Below, in pieces: positions 9,553 to 19,397 of a DNA stretch of 64,000 nucleotides (within the stretch, counting starts at the first letter, position 1; the number at the start of each line of letters is the position of its first letter). The notes under the pieces were generated by a model, which was not told the origin of the DNA, did not search any database, and saw only the letters and a program-made list of their open reading frames with translations. The stretch lies in NCBI GenBank assembly GCA_049890115.1, contig JBMHCC010000002.1, positions 4,789 through 68,788 of the forward strand. Reading direction: 5' to 3'. The position numbers and the translations under genes were made by a program. This stretch comes from Candidatus Puniceispirillaceae bacterium. GTDB lineage: Bacteria; Pseudomonadota; Alphaproteobacteria; Puniceispirillales; Puniceispirillaceae.

Positions 9553-10361
9553 TGGTTCGCAAAGTGCCTTTGTTATTTGTGATTTTAGGGCTGATAGGCT
9601 TTTCAGCACTTTATATCCCTGTCGCTGTCATGATGGCCTATAGCTTTAATGCTGGCAAATTATCATCTGTCTGGGCAGGGTTTTCAACCAGATGGTATGG
9701 TGCTTTATGGCAGAATGAACAGCTTTTATCAGCATTGAGTAAGTCATTAATTATCGCTGCTGTGGCTGCTACCATATCAACAATTTTTGGCATTTTAATA
9801 GCGATATCCTTTGTCAGAATGGGGCAGTTCCGCGGCCGCCTGTTATTAAGTGCCCTGGCATCAGCCCCATTGGTCATCCCTGAAGTGGTGATGGGATTAT
9901 CCTTATTACTGTTATTTATCGCTATGGAAACGCTGCTTGGTTGGCCATCAGGCAGAGGTGTTGATACAATTATCATTGCACATGCCACATTTGGGATGTG
10001 TTTTGCTGCGGTGGTCATACAAGCAAGGCTGCGTCAATTTGATATCTCCTTGGAAGAAGCAGCGATGGATCTTGGTGCACGCCAGCCTTTCATCTTTTTC
10101 ACCATCACCTTGCCCCTGATTTTACCAGCTATTATTTCAGCATGGTTATTAACATTTACATTGAGTTTTGATGATCTCGTCATTGCCAGCTTTGTCAGCG
10201 GGCCAGGCTCTTCAACCTTGCCGATTGTGATCTTTTCCAAAGTCAGGCTTGGTGTGACACCTGAAATTAACGCGATTGCAACCTTGATGATTGCGATTGT
10301 GGCATTGGGCGTGATTGGCGGTGCTGTCATTATGCGCAAAGCCTTGTCAGCCGAAAAATAA
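9552..10361 (+). CDS. potI: Polyamine ABC transporter permease
   Basis: 269 aa with an EAAMDLGA loop. Its start overlaps the potH stop (TAATG). Confidence 0.88.
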   Translation: MVRKVPLLFVILGLIGFSALYIPVAVMMAYSFNAGKLSSVWAGFSTRWYGALWQNEQLLSALSKSLIIAAVAATISTIFGILIAISFVRMGQFRGRLLLSALASAPLVIPEVVMGLSLLLLFIAMETLLGWPSGRGVDTIIIAHATFGMCFAAVVIQARLRQFDISLEEAAMDLGARQPFIFFTITLPLILPAIISAWLLTFTLSFDDLVIASFVSGPGSSTLPIVIFSKVRLGVTPEINAIATLMIAIVALGVIGGAVIMRKALSAEK

Positions 10362-10486
10362 GATAGGGTTCAAATTCAGGTTGCGGTGATGGCAAGGCGC
10401 GCGAATTAGATGGATTTTTGAACAGATATCCGCTACATAATCAGGCAGTTTCGCGCGGTGGTACACATCATGAAAAGGGGCAAAAA

Positions 10487-11146
10487 ATGACAGAAACAGT
10501 AGGCCAAAAAGTTGCCAGAATGCTGCTTGATATTGAGGCAGTGCATGTATCAGATGATAAGCCATTTATCTTTACATCTGGCAAGGCAAGCCCTGTTTAC
10601 ATTGATTGCCGGAAAATTATTTCCTTTCCAAAAGAGCGTCGTTTTTTGATGCGTGAAGGTGCTGCCATGATGGCTGATCTATCCAAAGATAGCCCTTATG
10701 ATGCGGTGGCTGGCGGTGAGACAGCTGGCATTCCTTTTGCTGCATGGATGTCTGAAGAGCTAGATAAGCCAATGCAATATATCCGCAAAAAACCAAAAGG
10801 CTTTGGCAGAGATGCGCAAATTGAAGGTTTGATCGAAGATGGCCAGCATATTTTACTGGTTGAAGACCTGGCAACAGATGGCGGCTCAAAACTGAATTTC
10901 ATCAATGCTATTCGTACCGCTGGTGCCAATGTGAATCATATTTTTGTGATTTTTTATTATGATATTTTCAAAGATGCGATGACAAAGCTAGCTGATGAAA
11001 ATGTCAGCCTGCATTATCTGGCAACATGGTGGGATGTGTTGGCGGCTATCAAGCAAGATCCATCCTATAGTGATGAGAGAGTTGCCAAAGTTGAGGCCTT
11101 TTTAAATGCGCCTATTGAATGGTCAAAAGCCAATGGTGGTGCGTAA
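10487..11146 (+). CDS. pyrE: Orotate phosphoribosyltransferase
   Basis: PRPP-binding loop ILLVEDLATDGGS and an FTSGKASPVYIDCR N-terminal motif. I start it at ATG 10487 (MTETVGQKVA) rather than the upstream in-frame start. Confidence 0.88.
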   Translation: MTETVGQKVARMLLDIEAVHVSDDKPFIFTSGKASPVYIDCRKIISFPKERRFLMREGAAMMADLSKDSPYDAVAGGETAGIPFAAWMSEELDKPMQYIRKKPKGFGRDAQIEGLIEDGQHILLVEDLATDGGSKLNFINAIRTAGANVNHIFVIFYYDIFKDAMTKLADENVSLHYLATWWDVLAAIKQDPSYSDERVAKVEAFLNAPIEWSKANGGA

Positions 11147-11216
11147 GGCTTGTCAATGTCACAAAAATAGCCCAAGATTTGAGCAGAATTAGATATCATC
11201 AAAGGGGGGCTATTTG

Positions 11217-11495
11217 ATGAGTTTTGATATGCCGAAATCCAAAGAAGGTGTGGCACGAGATGTGCCTTTGATATGTGCTGAATGCGGTGCTGATTTCACC
11301 TGTCGCACTGGCGCACCTGGTGAATGCTGGTGTAATAACAGCCCGAATATGCTACCGCAATTTCGGCTTGATGGAAAATGTGTTTGTGCGAATTGTCTTG
11401 CCAATGGCCAGTTGGAAGAGCTGACCAAAGCGCGCAATGATAAGCGGCAAAAACGCGAGGAACAAAGACTGGTTCGCCACAGTTCAGATGACTAA
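11217..11495 (+). CDS. Small cysteine-rich protein of the CWC type with a basic C-terminal tail
   Basis: Cysteine pattern CxxCx5C..CWC..CxCxxC (CAECGADFTC..ECWC..CVCANC) as in the Cys_rich_CWC family. AAAGGGGGG RBS 7 nt upstream of the ATG. Confidence 0.6.
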   Translation: MSFDMPKSKEGVARDVPLICAECGADFTCRTGAPGECWCNNSPNMLPQFRLDGKCVCANCLANGQLEELTKARNDKRQKREEQRLVRHSSDD

Positions 11496-11584
11496 AAAGA
11501 CACATCATAATTGATGGTGTTATCTTGTGATTTTCGATAAGCTATGCTTCAAACTTTATTTTGATAATATTGTGGTTTTCTAAA

Positions 11585-12454
11585 ATGACAATTTTCAATC
11601 TTGGATCGATTAACCTTGATCATTTCTATACGAGCGCTCATCTGCCAGTGCCAGGTGAAACAATGTTTGCCTCGACCTACTCGCAAGGGCTAGGCGGCAA
11701 GGGTGCTAATCAATCTGTGGCTATTGGCAAGTCTGGTGCAGCTGTTTTTCATATTGGTCAAATAGGCCGAAATGATGAGGCGCATTTGTCTCTATTGAAA
11801 GAGGCGAATGTGAATTTGCATTTTGTCAGGCCATGTGATGATGCCACAGGCCATGCGATTGTGATGATTGATGAGGTAAGTGCTGAGAATCAAATCCTGA
11901 TTATTCAAGGTGCGAATATCACCATCACATCTCAGCATATTCACGATGCGCTAGCTGATGCTGGCACTGGTGATTGGGCACTGACTCAAAATGAAACAAA
12001 TGGCACTGAAGAATTTTTAAAGCTGGCCAAAGATAAGGGGTTAAAGCTATGCTATTCAGCTGCCCCATTTGATAAAGATAAATTATTATCAGTGATTGAT
12101 ATGATTGATTTGCTGGTGGTTAATGAGATTGAAGCAGCTGAGATTTCATCAGCGCTTGGCGGGTCACCTGAAAGTTGGCCTGTGCCCAATGTGATTGTGA
12201 CCAAAGGCAAGGATGGGGCAGATTATTTTGGTGCAGAGGGGCAGTTTCACCAGCCAGCTGAACCAGTTAATGCGATAGATAGCACAGGTGCTGGTGATAC
12301 CTATTTAGGGTTTTTACTTGGCCGCTTATCGCTGGGCGAGAGCATGAAACAGGCCATGACACTTGCTGGCAAAGCTGCTGGTATTCAGGTCACACGCCTA
12401 GGCACGGCAAGCGCCATACCTGATTTATCAGAATTACAACTTGATAAAGGATAA
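11585..12454 (+). CDS. rbsK: Ribokinase (PfkB family)
   Basis: N-terminal GSINLDH..GGKGANQ and C-terminal DSTGAGDTYLG motifs of ribokinase. Start placed at ATG 11585. Confidence 0.82.
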   Translation: MTIFNLGSINLDHFYTSAHLPVPGETMFASTYSQGLGGKGANQSVAIGKSGAAVFHIGQIGRNDEAHLSLLKEANVNLHFVRPCDDATGHAIVMIDEVSAENQILIIQGANITITSQHIHDALADAGTGDWALTQNETNGTEEFLKLAKDKGLKLCYSAAPFDKDKLLSVIDMIDLLVVNEIEAAEISSALGGSPESWPVPNVIVTKGKDGADYFGAEGQFHQPAEPVNAIDSTGAGDTYLGFLLGRLSLGESMKQAMTLAGKAAGIQVTRLGTASAIPDLSELQLDKG

Positions 12455-13410
12455 TGAAGATGAGCCAGACTAAGATTATCATCGATACAGATCCAGGCAT
12501 TGATGATGCTATGGCAATTCATCTGGCTTTTGCAGATAAACGTATTTCGGTGGTTGGCCTGACTTGTATTTTTGGTAATGTCAATCAGGAACAGGCAACC
12601 AGAAATGCCCTGTGGCTGGCTGAAACAGCACATTATGATTGTGCTGTGGCAGAAGGGGCAATGCGCCCTTTGATACAAGAACCAAACACGCCAAGCTATT
12701 ATGTGCATGGTGATGAAGGGTTTGGTGATTTGCCAGCCCAACAGCCAGCAGGGCAAAAACATCAGCTTGATGCTGCGGATTATATCATTGAGACCTGCCG
12801 TGCTCATCCAGGTGAGATCACATTATGCCCAGTTGGTCCTTTGACCAATATCGCATTGGCGCTTCAGCGATGCCCTGAATTAGTCAGCTTGGTCAAATCA
12901 GTTGTTATCATGGGTGGTGCTGGCTTTGTGCCTGGCAATGTCACTGATTATGCAGAGGCCAATATCTGGAATGATCCACATGCAGCAGAAATAGTATTTG
13001 CTGCGGATTGGGAAGTAGTAATGATAGGGCTTGATGTCACTCAGCAAATTAGATGCAGCCCTGAAGACTATCTCTCTATTGCTGAGGCCAGCCCTGAAAT
13101 TGGCGGGTTTATTTATGATATTTCAAAATTCTATACACGCTTTTATCAATCTATCCTGCATGAAGAGGTTTGTGTCTTGCATGACCCAGCAGCGATTATT
13201 GCGATTACCAATCCAGAATTATTTGATTATCGCATGATGCCTGTCACAGTGATATGTGACGGTGAAGCCATTGGTCAGACTGTGCCAGATGCCAGTTTGC
13301 AAAGGCGGGCAGCAAAAATAGCAGTTGGCGTCAATGTCGAAAAAGTGAAAGGCTATTACCTATCGCTATCTGGCAAGGCTGATGCGGCAAAGGCAGAACG
13401 TAGCCAGTAA
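12454..13410 (+). CDS. Ribonucleoside hydrolase (IU-NH family)
   Basis: Signature N-terminal IIIDTDPGIDDAMAI aspartate cluster. The start overlaps the ribokinase stop (TAATG). Confidence 0.9.
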   Translation: MKMSQTKIIIDTDPGIDDAMAIHLAFADKRISVVGLTCIFGNVNQEQATRNALWLAETAHYDCAVAEGAMRPLIQEPNTPSYYVHGDEGFGDLPAQQPAGQKHQLDAADYIIETCRAHPGEITLCPVGPLTNIALALQRCPELVSLVKSVVIMGGAGFVPGNVTDYAEANIWNDPHAAEIVFAADWEVVMIGLDVTQQIRCSPEDYLSIAEASPEIGGFIYDISKFYTRFYQSILHEEVCVLHDPAAIIAITNPELFDYRMMPVTVICDGEAIGQTVPDASLQRRAAKIAVGVNVEKVKGYYLSLSGKADAAKAERSQ

Positions 13411-13456
13411 TATGTGATTTGCCGTAATGGTAACAAAGGTGAGGAAGGGCAGTAAC

Positions 13457-14290
13457 ATGAAGATTGAATTAATTGATTATCAGGCAGATGATGCGCGTGA
13501 AGCGCTGGCACGCTCTTTGCATAATACTGGCTTTGCGGTGCTGAAAAATCATCCTATTTCAGCTGATAGAATTCAGGAGATTTATGATAGCTGGGCTGGG
13601 TTTTTTGCCTCTGACGATAAGCATAACTGGCTGCGTGACCCTGATAATCATGATGGTTATTTTCCGTTTCGCTCTGAAAATGCCAAAGATAGAACACAAA
13701 AAGACCTAAAAGAATTTTATCATGTCTATCCGTGGGGGCGTGTGCCAGATAGCTTGGCAGATGTCACAAGAGCGATGCAGGATGATTTAACCAGATTAGG
13801 TGTTGAATTGCTTGGTTGGCTGCAAGATGAAACGCCTGACGATGTGAAATCACAATTTACCATGCCACTAGATGAGATGATGGCCGAATCACTTCAGTCA
13901 CTATTGCGCATTTTGCATTATCCACCTGTAGAAGAGGATATTGAAGAGGGCGCTATTAGGGCAGCGGCGCATGAAGATATTAATCTTATCACCTTGCTTT
14001 TGGCAGGCTCACAACCTGGCCTGCAAGCCCAAGATAGCCAAGGAAATTGGCATGATATCTCATGTGATGCAGGGATGATTACAATCAATAATGGGGATAT
14101 GTTGGCTCTTGCTAGCCAGCATTATTTTCCCTCTACGACACATAGGGTTGTGAATCCTGATGCACATGCCAATCAATCACGCTATTCTATGCCTATCTTT
14201 TTACATCCGCGACCTGACGTCATGTTGGACAAGGATTTAAGCGCAGGTGATTACCTGCAACAAAGACTAAAAGAAATTGGTCTGAAATAA
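13457..14290 (+). CDS. 2-oxoglutarate/Fe(II)-dependent oxygenase (isopenicillin-N-synthase-like family)
   Basis: Facial triad and 2OG anchor are visible: HED (AAHEDINLI), distal His in STTHRV, and RYS (RxS). GAGGAAGGG RBS 8 nt before ATG 13457. Confidence 0.8.
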   Translation: MKIELIDYQADDAREALARSLHNTGFAVLKNHPISADRIQEIYDSWAGFFASDDKHNWLRDPDNHDGYFPFRSENAKDRTQKDLKEFYHVYPWGRVPDSLADVTRAMQDDLTRLGVELLGWLQDETPDDVKSQFTMPLDEMMAESLQSLLRILHYPPVEEDIEEGAIRAAAHEDINLITLLLAGSQPGLQAQDSQGNWHDISCDAGMITINNGDMLALASQHYFPSTTHRVVNPDAHANQSRYSMPIFLHPRPDVMLDKDLSAGDYLQQRLKEIGLK

Positions 14291-14304
14291 CGGGAGTCAA
14301 AAAT

Positions 14305-15309
14305 ATGAGGAACTTACTGAAATCAGCTGCTATCCTTTTGGGTGCGGTTAGCTTGTCAGCTTCAGCATCAGCTGCAGATATCAAGCCTGCTGTTATCTAT
14401 GATATGGGTGGCAAATTCGACAAGTCTTTCAATGAAGGTGTCTGGAATGGCGTAAAGCGTTTCCAGGATGAAACTGGCATTGAAGTGATGGAATTTGAAG
14501 TCACAAATGAAACACAGCGTGAGCAGGCGATGCGTCGCATGGCTGAACGTGGTGCCACAATTATCCTTGGCGTTGGTTTTGCACAAGCTGATGCGATTGC
14601 GGCTGTTTCAGCTGAATATCCTGAAAAGCAATTCTCAATCATTGATGTGGGCTGGTTGGATGCTCCAAATCTGCGCCAATATGTGTTTAAAGAACATGAA
14701 GGCTCATATCTTGTTGGTGTTGCAGCAGCAAAAGCAACGCAAACAGACAAGGTTGGTTTTGTCGGTGGTATGGATATCCCGCTGATCAGCAAATTTGCCT
14801 GTGGTTATGTTGGTGGTGCGAAATCAGTGAATGCTGATATCGAGGTTTATCAGAATATGACAGGTACAACACCATCAGCATGGAATGACCCAGCCAAAGG
14901 TGCTGAATTAACACGCAGCCAAATCGACCGTGGTGCTGATGTTGTCTATCAGGCAGCTGGTGGTACAGGTATTGGTGTAATCCAGGCAGCAGCTGATGCT
15001 GGCAAGCTATCAATCGGTGTTGATTCAAACCAGAATGGTCTAGCACCAGGTTCAGTTCTAACATCAATGCTAAAGCGTGTTGATGTAGCAGCTTATAACA
15101 CATTCATGGATGCGAAAAATGATGCTTTCACATCAGGCGTTCAGGTTCTTGGTGTTGCTGAAGGCGGCGTTGACTGGGCATTGGATGACAATAATGCATC
15201 ATTGATCACAGCTGATATGAAGGCAGCGATTGAAGATGCACGTGCTGGCATTCTGTCAGGTGCAATTCAGGTGCATGACTATACAACAGATTCAAACTGC
15301 CCTTACTAA
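14305..15309 (+). CDS. BMP-family (PnrA/Med-like) nucleoside ABC transporter substrate-binding protein
   Basis: Signal peptide, then DMGGKFDKSFNEGVWNGV and GFVGGMDIPLI motifs typical of basic membrane protein family binding proteins. Confidence 0.88.
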   Translation: MRNLLKSAAILLGAVSLSASASAADIKPAVIYDMGGKFDKSFNEGVWNGVKRFQDETGIEVMEFEVTNETQREQAMRRMAERGATIILGVGFAQADAIAAVSAEYPEKQFSIIDVGWLDAPNLRQYVFKEHEGSYLVGVAAAKATQTDKVGFVGGMDIPLISKFACGYVGGAKSVNADIEVYQNMTGTTPSAWNDPAKGAELTRSQIDRGADVVYQAAGGTGIGVIQAAADAGKLSIGVDSNQNGLAPGSVLTSMLKRVDVAAYNTFMDAKNDAFTSGVQVLGVAEGGVDWALDDNNASLITADMKAAIEDARAGILSGAIQVHDYTTDSNCPY

Positions 15310-15320
15310 AGGTTAGTGGA

Positions 15321-16886
15321 ATGTCTTTTGACACAAAAGATGAAAACGGCGGCTTACCGCCGTTTTCTATTATTTTAACAGATATTTGCAAACGCTTTGG
15401 CACAGTCAGAGCCAATCATAATGTTGATCTGCAAGTAGAGCGCGGCACAATTCACGGCATTATTGGTGAAAATGGTGCTGGCAAATCAACACTTGTTTCT
15501 ATTCTTTATGGCTTTTATCAAGCTGATAGCGGCACGATTGAGATTAATCAAAAACCAGCACATATCCAGTCATCATCAGATGCAATTGCGGTTGGTATTG
15601 GGATGGTGCATCAGCATTTCATGCTTGTGCCAAATTTCACTGCTTTGGAAAATGTTATCCTTGGCTATGAGGCAGAACGTCAATTACAGCCCTCACTAGA
15701 AGAAGGGCGTGCTAAACTAAAAGAGCTAGCTGATAGTTATGGGCTTGATGTGCCTCTTGATGTGCCTGTTGGTGATCTGCCAGTTGGTTTGCAACAGCGT
15801 GTGGAGATTCTCAAAACGCTGTATCGCGGGGCAGATATCCTGATCCTAGATGAACCGACAGGCGTCTTGACACCACAAGAAACAGATCAGCTATTTGAGA
15901 TTTTGAAAACCCTGCGTGCGCAAGGTGTGACTATTCTGCTCATTACACATAAATTGCGCGAAATTATGGCGATCACTGATAATGTGTCTGTGATGCGCCA
16001 AGGTGAGATGGTTGCCCATTGTAAGACTGCCAAAACCAATCCAACTGAATTAGCAGAGCTGATGGTTGGTCGCTCAGTGTTATTGCAGATTGATAAAACA
16101 AAGGCCTCTGCTGGTGATGATTATCTGGTGGTATCTGGCCTCAGCCACAAGGATGATAGCGGTGCACCGCGCCTTCGTGATGTATCATTTACGATGCGTG
16201 CTGGTGAAATTCTGGGTGTGGCAGGTGTGTCTGGTAATGGGCAATCTGAATTATTAGAGCTATTATCTGGCATGGTGGCACCTCAGCAAGGTGAAATCAT
16301 TCTAAAAGGTCAATCCATCACAAGCGATAACCCAGCTAATCCCGCTAGTTTGCGAAAAATGGGTGTGGCACATGTGCCAGAAGATCGCCATGCGGTTGGG
16401 ATGGTACTGCCATTTAGTGCAGCAGAAAGCGCCATTCTAGGATATGAAGATGACCCAGCCTTAGGCAAAAGCTGGTGGCTTAGCCCGTCAAAAACAGCTG
16501 CTTATTGCCGTGATTTGATGAAGCGATTTGACGTCAGACCATTAGCACCATGGCTGAAATCCAATTTATTTTCAGGTGGTAATCAGCAGAAAATTGTATT
16601 GGCAAGAGAGATATCAAAAGATCCAGATATCCTTCTAGTTGGTCAGCCAACCAGAGGCGTTGATATTGGTGCGATTGAATTTATCCATAATCAGCTTGTG
16701 GCTTTGCGTGATGCTGGCTGTGCCATTTTATTAGTATCAGTTGAACTTGATGAAATTCTGAGCCTATCAGACAGGATCATTGTGATGAATAATGGCGAGA
16801 TTGTTGGTACGCTTGATGCGCATGAGGCAGATGAAACACGCCTTGGCCTGATGATGGCTGGCATTGATGAAAGACAAGCATCATGA
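15321..16886 (+). CDS. Nucleoside/sugar-type ABC transporter ATP-binding protein (duplicated ATPase)
   Basis: 521 aa with two nucleotide-binding domains (GENGAGKST and GVSGNGQSEL Walker A motifs). Confidence 0.9.
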   Translation: MSFDTKDENGGLPPFSIILTDICKRFGTVRANHNVDLQVERGTIHGIIGENGAGKSTLVSILYGFYQADSGTIEINQKPAHIQSSSDAIAVGIGMVHQHFMLVPNFTALENVILGYEAERQLQPSLEEGRAKLKELADSYGLDVPLDVPVGDLPVGLQQRVEILKTLYRGADILILDEPTGVLTPQETDQLFEILKTLRAQGVTILLITHKLREIMAITDNVSVMRQGEMVAHCKTAKTNPTELAELMVGRSVLLQIDKTKASAGDDYLVVSGLSHKDDSGAPRLRDVSFTMRAGEILGVAGVSGNGQSELLELLSGMVAPQQGEIILKGQSITSDNPANPASLRKMGVAHVPEDRHAVGMVLPFSAAESAILGYEDDPALGKSWWLSPSKTAAYCRDLMKRFDVRPLAPWLKSNLFSGGNQQKIVLAREISKDPDILLVGQPTRGVDIGAIEFIHNQLVALRDAGCAILLVSVELDEILSLSDRIIVMNNGEIVGTLDAHEADETRLGLMMAGIDERQAS

Positions 16887-18016
16887 ACCCAGCACAATTA
16901 GCACGCTTTATTGATATCATCTTATTGCCCATCATTAATTTGCTGGCTGCTTTTATCGTATCTGGCATTATCATTGCCTTAATCGGTGAAAACCCCTTTC
17001 ATGCGCTTGGTGTGATGATAAAGGGGGCTTTTATCTATAAGGGCGCGCTTGGCTATACCTTATTTTACACGACTAATTTTATTTTTACTGGCCTTGCGGT
17101 GGCGGTCGCTTTTCATGCCATGCTTTTTAATATTGGTGGTGAGGGGCAGGCAGCAATGGGCGGGCTAGCTGTTGGGCTGGTGGCGTTACTTTTTGATACC
17201 AGCTTGCCAGCTTTTCTTGTGGTTCTGTTGGCAATAGGCGGTGCTTTCATATTAGGTGGTGTCTGGGGCGCGATACCTGGTTATCTGCAGGCGAAACGTG
17301 GCTCACATATTGTAATCACCACCATTATGTTTAACTTTATCGCTGCATCCATCATGGTCTGGCTGCTGGCAGGGATGTTGATGTCACCAGGGCAGATGTC
17401 ACCTGAAACACGGTCTTTTGCTGATGGTGTGGCGTTGGCAAAAATGCATCATCTGCTTGCTATGATAGGCATTGATGTGGCACGAAGCCCGCTCAATTTA
17501 TCCTTTATCATAGCTCTTTTATGCGCTTTTGGTGTGTGGGTTCTGATTTGGCGTTCCAAGCTAGGCTATGCCATCAGAGCCACCGGCTTTTCAGAACGAG
17601 CAGCCATTTATGGTGGGCATCAGCCAGCACGAATAATTATCATCACAATGGCAATTTCAGGCGGCCTTGCTGGGCTGATGGCATTGAATGAGATATTGGG
17701 TGTGCAGCATCGGGTGATTTTGAACTTTACCGCAGGCTATGGCTTTACAGGCATTGCGGTTGCCTTAATGGGGCGTAATCATCCTGTTGGCATTATTTTT
17801 GCAAGCCTGTTATTTGGTGCTTTATATCAAGGTGGTGCTGAGCTTGATTTTGAATTTCAAACCATCACAAGAGAGATGGTCATCATGATTCAAGGTCTGA
17901 TTATTCTATTCTCAGGCGCATTGGCTTATATGTTTAATCCTGCATTACAAAAGCTATTTTCAAAATGGCTAAACGCATCACCAACTGAGCCAGCTGGCAA
18001 AGGGCAGGAGGGCTAG
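16883..18016 (+). CDS. ABC transporter permease (BMP/nucleoside system)
   Basis: 377 aa polytopic membrane protein. ATGA overlap with the upstream ATPase gene. Confidence 0.85.
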   Translation: MNPAQLARFIDIILLPIINLLAAFIVSGIIIALIGENPFHALGVMIKGAFIYKGALGYTLFYTTNFIFTGLAVAVAFHAMLFNIGGEGQAAMGGLAVGLVALLFDTSLPAFLVVLLAIGGAFILGGVWGAIPGYLQAKRGSHIVITTIMFNFIAASIMVWLLAGMLMSPGQMSPETRSFADGVALAKMHHLLAMIGIDVARSPLNLSFIIALLCAFGVWVLIWRSKLGYAIRATGFSERAAIYGGHQPARIIIITMAISGGLAGLMALNEILGVQHRVILNFTAGYGFTGIAVALMGRNHPVGIIFASLLFGALYQGGAELDFEFQTITREMVIMIQGLIILFSGALAYMFNPALQKLFSKWLNASPTEPAGKGQEG

Positions 18017-18018
18017 CT

Positions 18019-18996
18019 ATGGATGATTTATGGCTGCAATTTGTGCTGACGATTGATGCGACCTTGCGGGTGGCAACACCTTTAATCCTATGCGCGATGG
18101 CTGGGATTTTTTCAGAACGTGCTGGCATTATTGATATCTCTTTAGAAGGCAAAATGCTGATGGCTGCCTTTGCTGCTGCCTCTATGGCAACCTATTCAGG
18201 CTCGCCCTGGGCTGGTTTAATGATGGCAATGTTTGTGTCAGTTGGCCTTAGCTTGTTGCATGGCTTTGCCTGTATCACGCATCGCGGCAATCAGGTGATA
18301 TCTGGTTTGGCTATTAATATTTTGGCATCTGGTTTAACAGTTACTTTGGGCATTGCGTTTTTTGCGCGTGGTGGCCAGACACCCTTATTGGCAAAATCAG
18401 AACGTTTTGGTGCAATTAACCTGCCTTTGGCAGATTGGATAGGCGATAATGTGCCTATCATTGGAACGATATATAAGGAAATTTTATCTGGTCATAATGT
18501 GCTTGTCTGGTTGGGATTTGCGCTTGTATTTGTGACCTCTTATGTGGTGTTCAAAACATCATTTGGCTTGCGCTTGCGTGCTGTTGGCGAAAAGCCAGAG
18601 GCTGTTGATTCAGCTGGCTTATCTGTTTCAGGCCTGCGCTTTCAAGCTGTTATTATAGCCGGTATTTTGACAGGGATTGCTGGCGCTTATCTTTCTACAG
18701 CACATGGTGCAGGCTTTGTGCGCGAGATGACAGCTGGTAAAGGTTATATCGCATTGGCAGCGATGATTTTTGGGAAATGGCGGCCTTGGCCAGCCTTGGC
18801 AGCGTGCTTGATGTTCGGCTTTTTAGATGCGCTTGCAGCACGCCTGCAAGGTGTCTCATTGCCTTATATTGGCGAGATTTCAACAGATCTGATTCTGGCA
18901 TTGCCTTATATCATGACAGTGATATTGCTGGCAGGCTTTATTGGGTCTGCAACCCCGCCGCGCGCTATTGGAGTGCCTTATGTCAAAGAGCGATGA
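18019..18996 (+). CDS. ABC transporter permease (BMP/nucleoside system)
   Basis: 325 aa polytopic membrane protein, starting 2 nt after the preceding permease gene. Confidence 0.85.
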   Translation: MDDLWLQFVLTIDATLRVATPLILCAMAGIFSERAGIIDISLEGKMLMAAFAAASMATYSGSPWAGLMMAMFVSVGLSLLHGFACITHRGNQVISGLAINILASGLTVTLGIAFFARGGQTPLLAKSERFGAINLPLADWIGDNVPIIGTIYKEILSGHNVLVWLGFALVFVTSYVVFKTSFGLRLRAVGEKPEAVDSAGLSVSGLRFQAVIIAGILTGIAGAYLSTAHGAGFVREMTAGKGYIALAAMIFGKWRPWPALAACLMFGFLDALAARLQGVSLPYIGEISTDLILALPYIMTVILLAGFIGSATPPRAIGVPYVKER

Positions 18997-19393
18997 TGCT
19001 AAATATCAAGCTGTATTGCAGGCAGCGATTGATGCGCTGCCATCTGCCTATGCGCCTTATTCCCAGTTTCAGGTTGGAGCTGCCATCTTGGATGATAAGG
19101 GTGAAATTCATCAAGGTGTGAATGTGGAAAATGCCGCTTATCCGCAAGGCAGCTGTGCTGAGGCAGGTGCCATTGCGGCTATGGTGATGAAAGGGGGGCA
19201 GACTATCCGCCATATCGCTGTAGCTGGCAGAGGGGATGTATTATGCACCCCTTGCGGTGGATGCCGCCAGCGTATCCGTGAATTTGCCAACCCTGATACG
19301 ATTATTTCAGTTTGTGATGAGGCAGGATTGCGGAAGAGCTATGCTATTGCAGATTTGCTGCCAGATAGCTTTGGGCCTGATAATCTTGCCTAG
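18980..19393 (+). CDS. cdd: Cytidine deaminase (small homotetrameric type)
   Basis: Zinc motifs CAEAGAI and PCGGCRQ. Start set at ATG 18980 (MSKSDDAKY), overlapping the end of the permease gene. Confidence 0.88.
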   Translation: MSKSDDAKYQAVLQAAIDALPSAYAPYSQFQVGAAILDDKGEIHQGVNVENAAYPQGSCAEAGAIAAMVMKGGQTIRHIAVAGRGDVLCTPCGGCRQRIREFANPDTIISVCDEAGLRKSYAIADLLPDSFGPDNLA

Positions 19394-19397
19394 CTTA

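Noticed and set aside
8469-15103. Minus-strand ORFs of 100-140 aa (8469-8840, 9638-10018, 10034-10339, 12385-12807, 14397-14792, 14786-15103)
   Set aside because: Each overlaps a confidently identified plus-strand gene (potG/H/I, ribokinase/hydrolase, BMP binding protein). None has family-like sequence.
18777-19121. 114-aa plus-strand ORF overlapping the second permease gene and cdd
   Set aside because: It is an out-of-frame overlap with two well-supported genes, and its Cys/Arg-rich translation looks non-protein-like.
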